DNA of 53,003 nt, taken from positions 1 to 53,003 of the IMG/VR virus record IMGVR_UViG_3300010396_000052; one strand, given 5' to 3'. The DNA is from a virus (Duplodnaviria; Caudoviricetes). The notes below the pieces were generated by a model. It saw only the letters and a program-made list of their open reading frames with translations. It ran no database searches and was not told the origin of the DNA. The translations under genes and the position numbers were made by a program. Of the stretch, positions 46,130-53,003 are shown one piece after another. The stretch's first letter is position 1. The number at the start of each line of letters is the position of its first letter.

Positions 46130-46537
46130 TTATTCCTTTACGAAAACCTTACGTGCTAAGCACGTCCAACATTCCCCGCAGGGTCCTATGGATAGATATT
46201 TATTGGATATTTCGCAATCCATACCAGCAATATCTTCAATAAAAGGCCGCGCCCTCTCCAACTGGTTTTCAAGACGCCGTAGCTCGATCTCGCGATCTTT
46301 AGCAGCCCCATCAGCTATCAGACCCTCGGTCATGTCGTTCAGCGTATCCACCCTCAGCAGCAGTGCCTCGTTGCTGCAACGGTGGAACGGTATCTGCGGG
46401 CACAGACAGGTAGGACATACCTGCTGTTTTGAGGACGGCTGCTCTAAGTGCCACGGGTTGCTGCAAATGGTCGGACGCTCATCGAAGCGTCCTTTGCAGG
46501 TGGGGCACCGCTGATCCTTGGACAGATGCTCAGTCAT
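46130..46537 (-). CDS. Cys-rich hypothetical protein
   Basis: Two CPTC...CSN units, a coiled coil and CGECWTC. Confidence 0.55.
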   Translation of the reverse strand: MTEHLSKDQRCPTCKGRFDERPTICSNPWHLEQPSSKQQVCPTCLCPQIPFHRCSNEALLLRVDTLNDMTEGLIADGAAKDREIELRRLENQLERARPFIEDIAGMDCEISNKYLSIGPCGECWTCLARKVFVKE

Positions 46538-47521
46538 AGCTGCAATGCATCCTTAAGCCGTCGTCGGTCTGCTGCCAGTAGCAGCAGTCATCCGCCTCTG
46601 TGCGTTGACACCCTGTCAGTAGAAGCAGGAAGCAAACTAGCACGAATGCGAACAAGACTGCGCGTAAGTCCTCACCGCGGGTGTCTTCCGCGCTAATCTT
46701 AGTAGTCGTCATACTCTGGTTCCTCGTCATCTTCCAGATAGTCTAGGTAATAATCGTCCCTAGTCTCGTCCCACTCCCATTGATCGTCGGCAACGGGCTC
46801 CTCGTGCCACACCAGATCAGATTCTCCCGGCCCACTCATGCTGCTTCTCCATCGTCCCAAGGAGGAGCAGAGTTCGACCACTTGCCGCACTTAATACAGA
46901 AAGCAGGCTTGGTGTCACCTGTCATTCCCAACCAAATCTCGTGACCGTACTCGTCCTTGCACTTGGAATCCTTAAGTTCTTGGTAGGTCTTGAATTTCTT
47001 TTTCATGTCCATTCCTTAAGTTGCTTTTGGATTTCATTCAATTTGTATTGGAGTTCAGCTATATACTCCATGTGACTATCATAGACATGTTTTATAGCTT
47101 GCGCCTTAGTGCTGCCCTCCCACCCGCAATCGTTGATATAAACTAAATTCCCCCATTCATCTTTGTTATCGTTGCGAAGATTACAAGGATAAACTTCTCC
47201 TATCGCGCGGCCTAAATAGTATACAGCCTCACCGAGACGATAAATAGGTTTGAACTTCTTCATACCTCTTTCCTCGTATCTACTTCCACGTACCAATTGC
47301 ACCCACAAGGACCACAGGTCTCGCACCAATCTGTTTCTTGGTCATGGCCGACTGTGATATTCTTTAGCGGAACCCCTAGCTCTTGAGAAAGCCAAATAAA
47401 GGCTGGCAATACCGGGAGGCCGTACATTTTCGTGTGGAATCCATTTTTAATTTCCTTGGTATTATTCGCTAATCCGCCTAGCCCCAAATGAAACTCGGTA
47501 TCCCAACGTTCTATAACTATC

Positions 47522-47878
47522 TTAAATTCCTTGAGGCTCATACTTCTCCGCCTCCTCAAAGAGAGTATCTGTCATTTCCAATAGATCTTCTGAGCAGCAA
47601 GCTTTTAGATCCTTTAAAGACTGTGCCCTATCTCCGTCCCAAGAGAAGCTCTCAAGAGGCCCATAACAAGAACAATGAGCCAAATGTTCCAGTTGCCACC
47701 TATTGTCCTTACGAATAAGCGCCTGCCCGTCACCTTCGTAATTACCGGCTGCGTACCAATAGATTATAAGATCTGCCCCAGCATTGAGCACGGAATCAAG
47801 TGCACACTCAGAACTTAATTCACTATCTTCATCACACCAAGTATAATCTGTTGGGGTTTTAACGTGAATAATTTCCAT
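47522..47878 (-). CDS. Hypothetical protein
   Basis: YEG.G...HCSCYGP motif; coupled to the helicase stop. Confidence 0.6.
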   Translation of the reverse strand: MEIIHVKTPTDYTWCDEDSELSSECALDSVLNAGADLIIYWYAAGNYEGDGQALIRKDNRWQLEHLAHCSCYGPLESFSWDGDRAQSLKDLKACCSEDLLEMTDTLFEEAEKYEPQGI

Positions 47879-49089
47879 TATCTATTCTCCACTACCATAC
47901 TTAATTGGGGGTCAATCGTTATTGCGATTGAATCGTGATCTCCACTAATTTTGTTCTTGGGGAACGATAAGGTTCGAACATTCATCTTTTCGTCCTCTTC
48001 AGTTCCACCCATACCGATCATTAGGTCCATCTGACCCGGAATTCCAACGTTACTTCCGTCAACGTCCCCCCGTGTGAGGATTCGCTTACCGCTGGCACTA
48101 TCCGCAGCTTGAGACACGGAAACCACGAGAAGGTTATTACGTTTGGCAAGGTTCCGGCCTTCCGTCGCTGCCTTCTCAAGTGCTTGAGTTCGGTGCTCAC
48201 TATCGACATCAATATTGCGCAACTGATCCAGCACAACCACCTTAGGTTCGTATCGACGAACCAGCCTGTCAATCGTCGTAAAGTTTCCGGGGGCGAGAGG
48301 AGCGAAAATGACGTTTTCATAGCCTCGTTTCTCTAATAGTTCTTGGGCTGCGTCGGGGTGGGCAAGTACCTGTGCCTTATTCATTAGGGTAAGGCGATTT
48401 ATGTACCGCATCATAAGGTCCTGCACCGGGTCTTCATTGCCGATGTACAAGACTCGCAGTTTGGCCTTTACCCACCCCGCCAGCATATTAATAACTAATA
48501 ACGTCTTTCCCATTTCGGTGGGGGCGAATACAAGAATGTGATGCCCCGGCCTAAGCCCACCACCAAGATGCTCATTAAGAGCCTTAGGAAGGACGGGGAT
48601 AAGTTGAGACTGGTCAAATGACTTTTCGACGAGATCTTTGACCTTGAACCGCTCAAAGACTTCATCACCAACTTCCTCCGTGGAAGGAATCGTAGTTGCT
48701 AGGTTCTGATACTCCCCCATTAAACGGAGCAGGGTCTGTGGTTCCTCCCCTTGTAGCAAAGATCCCGACAACTTGAGTCCAATATTGTGTAGCTTGACTG
48801 AAATGATCTCGGATGCGATGTTCTCCGGACTTACTTCCGGTAAATTCCGCAACACACCCTGTAGCATAGAGACGTGCTTCGGATTGGAAAATTTCCGACC
48901 AAGTGACGACCCAATTATATCCACATCCACACTGGCCGCTTTGGAATCCTTTTCGTAATACTCGGCTATAATTGACAATAGCGCGGCAGTGTCCGCACCT
49001 AATTCTGAGAGTTGTAAGTTCTCCGACAGTAGTTCCCACGCTTTGCGGGACTTCACTACGGCTGCGAGAATTTTGTTGTCTGCAATCAT
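47878..49089 (-). CDS. DnaB-like (SF4) replicative helicase
   Basis: Walker A APTEMGKT, GNED, VVLDQL, VSQA, DLMIG. Confidence 0.9.
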   Translation of the reverse strand: MIADNKILAAVVKSRKAWELLSENLQLSELGADTAALLSIIAEYYEKDSKAASVDVDIIGSSLGRKFSNPKHVSMLQGVLRNLPEVSPENIASEIISVKLHNIGLKLSGSLLQGEEPQTLLRLMGEYQNLATTIPSTEEVGDEVFERFKVKDLVEKSFDQSQLIPVLPKALNEHLGGGLRPGHHILVFAPTEMGKTLLVINMLAGWVKAKLRVLYIGNEDPVQDLMMRYINRLTLMNKAQVLAHPDAAQELLEKRGYENVIFAPLAPGNFTTIDRLVRRYEPKVVVLDQLRNIDVDSEHRTQALEKAATEGRNLAKRNNLLVVSVSQAADSASGKRILTRGDVDGSNVGIPGQMDLMIGMGGTEEDEKMNVRTLSFPKNKISGDHDSIAITIDPQLSMVVENR

Positions 49090-49094
49090 TCATA

Positions 49095-49481
49095 TCACCA
49101 CTTCCGCTTTGAGGCCATTAAAGCCTCTATTTGTTTCTTCTTAGCATTAAATTTCTTACGGAAGGGATTAGACGGTCTCCACATATATGCCTTAATCGTG
49201 AAATTCGGTGCGCTGTCGTTCATGTTTAGCGACCAAGGCGTTTCGTAAAGCTTCTCTCCCTGTTCCCGCAACCACGCAGCAAATGCGTGGGGACCACAAT
49301 CATCAGCTTTCTGCTCTCTATTGCCTGAAAATATAACTATTCCCGGTAGATTTGTGCTCTCATTGTCCCAGTTAATCCCCGCCATAATCGCTAAAGGATC
49401 ATCGCCGAGATAGCTCTGAAAGAAAGCATACTCCATCCCACAATTTCCTGTGGCCTGATAGGAGTAGAACATAGTCTTCAC
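49095..49481 (-). CDS. Hypothetical protein, paralogue family member 3
   Basis: NCGM...IVIFS...N...I.AYMW, shared with 51572-52081 and 52084-52677. Confidence 0.6.
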   Translation of the reverse strand: MKTMFYSYQATGNCGMEYAFFQSYLGDDPLAIMAGINWDNESTNLPGIVIFSGNREQKADDCGPHAFAAWLREQGEKLYETPWSLNMNDSAPNFTIKAYMWRPSNPFRKKFNAKKKQIEALMASKRKW

Positions 49482-50329
49482 TTTGCGTCCTCCACTATTT
49501 TTCTGATTCTTTCGTCGTCTTCGTATTTGAGGTCTTTATCCAATACGGCCACCCTGAAATCAGCATATAAACCCCACTCTTTGAGAAGCTTATAAGATTT
49601 GAGAGTGGCGTCTTGATCCAGCGCGATGACGATGATTTTACCTTCTTCGACAATCTCTTCAAGCTTCGCTCGGCCAAGATTTGTGCCGTGCAGACACGCA
49701 GAGGTATATGCCCTCGCCACCTTCGTAGCCGATAGCATATCTTCGACAACGACAACCCTCCTATCTCGTGTTCTTCTAGGGCGAAGAAAGGAACACGCGC
49801 CAGCAGCGCTTGTACAATAAAGTTTCGTTTTTCGTCGAACGTTTTCTCCATCCAAGTAGAATCTTCTAGACTTGAGTTCAGAACCCCTTCGTACCTCATT
49901 TCTATCGTAGAGAGGCAATACGAGGTCCCCAGTACCAGTATCCGTGCCCCATCCTTGCCTAATGTAATCACTGGGTGTAATACCGTACCTTCCGCTAAGG
50001 TGGGCTTGCCATGCGCCATCCACCGGGGCCGTGACACCAGTATACAATCTTTCAGGCGGCACTTCTCTTTGGTTGGTACTAGTATCACTTCGTCCCAGTA
50101 CAAAACCGCGCTCAGCCACCCGTCCAGACGCACCACAAGAGGCTCGGTGACAATGATAGAGCGCTTCATCCTCTGCCACGCGGGTAATTGAAAAGGAAGA
50201 CTCCCTTGTAAGACCGCCGCCGCAAAAGACACAAACCAACCCGTTTCGTGATTCACCCAAACGGAGTTCGGCAGCGATGGATCGTATCCCTGCAGTACGT
50301 CCCGGACTAGCTTTCCCATATGTCCTCAC
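49478..50329 (-). CDS. DNA primase (Zn finger plus TOPRIM)
   Basis: CVFC...CHRASC; VVVEDMLSA; IALDQDA; DLK. Confidence 0.88.
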   Translation of the reverse strand: MRTYGKASPGRTAGIRSIAAELRLGESRNGLVCVFCGGGLTRESSFSITRVAEDEALYHCHRASCGASGRVAERGFVLGRSDTSTNQREVPPERLYTGVTAPVDGAWQAHLSGRYGITPSDYIRQGWGTDTGTGDLVLPLYDRNEVRRGSELKSRRFYLDGENVRRKTKLYCTSAAGACSFLRPRRTRDRRVVVVEDMLSATKVARAYTSACLHGTNLGRAKLEEIVEEGKIIVIALDQDATLKSYKLLKEWGLYADFRVAVLDKDLKYEDDERIRKIVEDAK

Positions 50330-50733
50330 GCAGGTGCGCCGTATCTATTTGGATCTTCTGGGTCCCCTTGTTCTTCGGGGATTACCGGGGTAAAAGATAC
50401 GTCCACCACGGCGGGGAATATCTGCTGAGTTTTACGAGCCTGCCTACGAATCTCCTCAACCTCGCAGATATCAATAGCTTCTGCATCCAACTCGATTGCG
50501 CTCTTAGCTCCCGGCCTTTCAATTTGTTCATCCTCTACATCTTCTACGTCTTCTTCATCCAGACGTAGATCTACGACATTGTCCTGCTCGACGTAGTAGA
50601 ACCCCATTGGACCGAATAGGGGGATCTCTGCATTAAGCTCGTCTACCATTACAAATACTTCAGCATCATCCGGACAGAGGTCCAAGCATTCCCTCATCTG
50701 TCTCACTGTCATGGTCATCTTCGTACTCCCCAA
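50326..50733 (-). CDS. Acidic hypothetical protein
   Basis: MTV.QM.E.L...PDDAEV N-terminal motif and an acidic centre. Confidence 0.55.
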   Translation of the reverse strand: MGSTKMTMTVRQMRECLDLCPDDAEVFVMVDELNAEIPLFGPMGFYYVEQDNVVDLRLDEEDVEDVEDEQIERPGAKSAIELDAEAIDICEVEEIRRQARKTQQIFPAVVDVSFTPVIPEEQGDPEDPNRYGAPA

Positions 50734-51181
50734 TTATAACGGTGGAAGCCGGTTTATCGAGTGATCTCGCAAATTTGCACGTCCAGCAGCCGCCACTCTT
50801 GATATGTTGATCCCGCCTCTTCGTTGGTCGGCAGTGGTAGCAATAAGGAAACCTGAGACCTTGGTAGTCTTTGGGAAATGTGCGAACCGCAATGCAGAGT
50901 ACTTTATCAGCTGCCTGCGCAATCTGGATGTTCCTAAGGCGATAGCCTGTAGACCACTTGCGCTCTTTCGGCAGGTATATTCGAGAAGGTACTCCCATAA
51001 AGTCGGCATATTCAATGGCCCACGCATCTACTCCTCCTAAGTGGCAACCACCGGATATTACTTCCGATGGACTGTAGTCTTGAATCCACTCTGATATTAA
51101 CTGTCGAGCCGTAGCCTCAGTATTGGCATCGAATTTATCAGCAGCAGCCCCTACGATAGCTAATTTTAGCCCGTCGCTCAT
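50666..51181 (-). CDS. SLOG superfamily (YspA/DprA-like) nucleotide-binding protein
   Basis: LAIVG, VISGG...GVD.WA..YA, RN.QIA..AD, SGG.WT. Confidence 0.75.
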   Translation of the reverse strand: MSDGLKLAIVGAAADKFDANTEATARQLISEWIQDYSPSEVISGGCHLGGVDAWAIEYADFMGVPSRIYLPKERKWSTGYRLRNIQIAQAADKVLCIAVRTFPKDYQGLRFPYCYHCRPTKRRDQHIKSGGCWTCKFARSLDKPASTVIIGEYEDDHDSETDEGMLGPLSG

Positions 51182-51522
51182 AGTTCATCATCGTCCCACT
51201 CGGTAATGATCCCACTCTCGTTTAGCATACGATCTTGAGCCTGCAACTCTTCCAAATCTTCGTTAGCCAAAAGCTCTACGTCATCCGGGCCTAGGGGCTC
51301 TAAATCAGGAAGCTGATGGTCAAAATCATCCTCAAAAGTGTGGGCTTCGTATTCTCGCATCGCGTCAGTAAAATCTAGTTCTCCTTCAGGTACATCTAGA
51401 ATAAGGTCTTCTGAATCTTCCCCACCCACTGGATCATCACATACACACCACTCAGCAGGTTGGTGACAAGTATCACAGACTGATCCATCCATATCCTTAG
51501 CCTTTATATTAGTTATAGTCAT
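51178..51522 (-). CDS. Very acidic small protein
   Basis: About one third Asp/Glu and only 4 Lys/Arg; CxxC...CxC near the N-terminus. Confidence 0.65.
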   Translation of the reverse strand: MTITNIKAKDMDGSVCDTCHQPAEWCVCDDPVGGEDSEDLILDVPEGELDFTDAMREYEAHTFEDDFDHQLPDLEPLGPDDVELLANEDLEELQAQDRMLNESGIITEWDDDEL

Positions 51523-51571
51523 AGCCGTAATAAGGGGAAGAGGCCCCGGAGGGGGCCTCTCTTAGACATTT

Positions 51572-52081
51572 CTAAGCGGCAAAAGTTCCCTCAGAAAATG
51601 CATTATCTTGTACCTTATTGATTCCCTTGAGATTATTTTTATTTTGCTTGCAATACCAATCCCAGAGAGCCTCATTGTTAACGTACCACATCCAAAGGGC
51701 TATTGGGTTGTCTGTATTTGGGTTCTTGAAGGTACGCCCCTTCAGTACTTCCCCAAGCTGCAACCTCTTGATTAACTTAGCAAAATCGAAGCACCAATTG
51801 GAGTATGTCTTGCCCAGTTTTTCACGGTGGTCCACATTGGAGAACAGAATCAATCCTTTACGCGAACCCACAAACGGGTATGGTGGAGTTCCGTGCACCA
51901 CACCACAATTCTTGCACGAGCCCGCAGCGGCGCTGTAAGCCTCATGGTCTTTGTGGCGACCGGGATTATCCCAAAAACTCTTGCAGACCTCTAAAAGGGT
52001 CTGCTCTGCGTTGTGGCCATGCCCATCTTCATTATACAACTGCAGCATGCCACACGAAATTGGGGTAGTTACTAAGGCCAT
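51572..52081 (-). CDS. Hypothetical protein, paralogue family member 2
   Basis: SCGM...LILFS...LGEV...NPNT...I.LWMW.VN......WY. Confidence 0.7.
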   Translation of the reverse strand: MALVTTPISCGMLQLYNEDGHGHNAEQTLLEVCKSFWDNPGRHKDHEAYSAAAGSCKNCGVVHGTPPYPFVGSRKGLILFSNVDHREKLGKTYSNWCFDFAKLIKRLQLGEVLKGRTFKNPNTDNPIALWMWYVNNEALWDWYCKQNKNNLKGINKVQDNAFSEGTFAA

Positions 52082-52083
52082 GA

Positions 52084-52677
52084 TTAGGCTCCTACCGCGC
52101 CTGCGGCTACCGCTGCATCAGAGGTTACTGTCGGAGTAAGTTCCCAAGGAGTCTTGTACCACCCCTTATTCTCAATTTCTGGCACCCCGCGCTTAGCCAC
52201 TTCTGCCTTGTACCATGCCTCGAACTTTGGACGGTCAATAAGCCACGACCAGAAGCAGATATCCCTACTATTAGTGCAGGGATTGAAATATGGGCCTATA
52301 CGGTGCACAGACCCTAATTCGAGAGTCTCTACTTGCTTTTGTAAGGTGTCCCCCCACCCTCTCGGACCGGTGTGATCGCTCCAAATAATCAATGCCTTAG
52401 GACCGAGGTATTGGCCGTGATCCCCGTTGTAGTGGGTATACCCTTCTTTCAGAAAGCCATATCGGGCTGTGCCACCATTGGGCGGATATTGTGTTTCCTG
52501 AACAGTGCCACGATACTGAGTAGCGATGAATCCAATCGAACAAGTAGCATCGCCTTTTCTCGGAGCACGATAGATAGAGTGCGCCAACCCGAACAAAGGT
52601 GCCAAATTCTTCAACTCAAAGCTGCCAAACCCGGACAGTTCAGCTATGGAACAGGACATATACGAATGAGCTTGCAT
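52084..52677 (-). CDS. Hypothetical protein, paralogue family member 1
   Basis: SCSI...LIIWS...LGSV...NPCT...I.FWSW.ID......WY. Confidence 0.7.
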   Translation of the reverse strand: MQAHSYMSCSIAELSGFGSFELKNLAPLFGLAHSIYRAPRKGDATCSIGFIATQYRGTVQETQYPPNGGTARYGFLKEGYTHYNGDHGQYLGPKALIIWSDHTGPRGWGDTLQKQVETLELGSVHRIGPYFNPCTNSRDICFWSWLIDRPKFEAWYKAEVAKRGVPEIENKGWYKTPWELTPTVTSDAAVAAGAVGA

Positions 52678-53003
52678 TATCGAGACTCCTTTAGACGCAG
52701 TATTGCGTTTGCATATGCTTGAATTGTCTGGGTATTTTCCAGACCGGGACCAGTATTCACTTCACAGATACGGAAACCAGTTAAGTGTCTTTCAGCATCA
52801 AGGCAGGCAAGTATGTCCACAGCGCCGAAGTCAAGGCCAAGGCGGTCAATGCACTGTACACTAGCTTTGCCCATGTGCTGTACTGCGGATTGATCCACAT
52901 CGAGATCGCTATGAGCATGGACCCAGCCGTTAGCAAGACTACGCACAACTCGGTTAGCATTTCCATTTGGACCTCCTTTCAGCTTTTTCTGAGTAAAATC
53001 AAT
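52677..53003 (-). CDS. ATP-grasp enzyme, C-terminal part (truncated by the window edge)
   Basis: Frame is open to base 53003; LGLDFGAVDI...EVNTGPGL is the ATP-grasp C-terminal signature. Confidence 0.82.
   Translation of the reverse strand: MDFTQKKLKGGPNGNANRVVRSLANGWVHAHSDLDVDQSAVQHMGKASVQCIDRLGLDFGAVDILACLDAERHLTGFRICEVNTGPGLENTQTIQAYANAILRLKESR

Noticed and set aside
49495-50319. 274-aa alternative-frame ORF inside the primase (also 43413-44072 inside polA)
   Set aside because: No motifs or RBS; the overlapping frames carry the clear primase and polymerase motifs.
51538-51563. GC hairpin GAGGCCCC/GGGGCCTC as a terminator
   Set aside because: The stem is real but the minus-strand U tract is poor, so it was not called as a feature.

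Overview
About 53 kb of a tailed, podovirus-type dsDNA phage genome with two opposing arms that meet at a terminator at ~35.2 kb. The + strand arm (~3.6-35.2 kb) is the late/virion region. It has a P22-like head and tail core (TerS, a TerL split into two ORFs, portal, scaffold, coat, gp4- and gp10-like proteins, three ejection proteins), a holin/endolysin/nested-spanin lysis cassette, two tandem GroES-like genes, many fibre-like genes, and a cassette behind the coat gene with two glycosyltransferases, a methyltransferase, two atypical tRNAs and a structured RNA. The - strand arm (35.3-53 kb, plus 1-1.9 kb) is the early/replication region: family A DNA polymerase, primase, DnaB-like helicase, 5'-3' exonuclease, T7 endonuclease I-like nuclease, SSB-like protein, RtcB and a second RNA ligase, MazG/DUF5664/NDT-like nucleotide enzymes, a PagL-like beta-barrel and a truncated ATP-grasp gene. 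A control region at 0.7-2.35 kb has consensus sigma70 promoters, LexA-type SOS boxes, three sigma54-type sites and a boxA. Spanins, the PagL-like gene and CTGT-N8-ACAG boxes point to a Gram-negative, probably gamma/beta-proteobacterial, host. No integrase, repressor or RNA polymerase was recognised, but the genome continues beyond the window. All family calls come from motifs recognised by eye, not from database searches.
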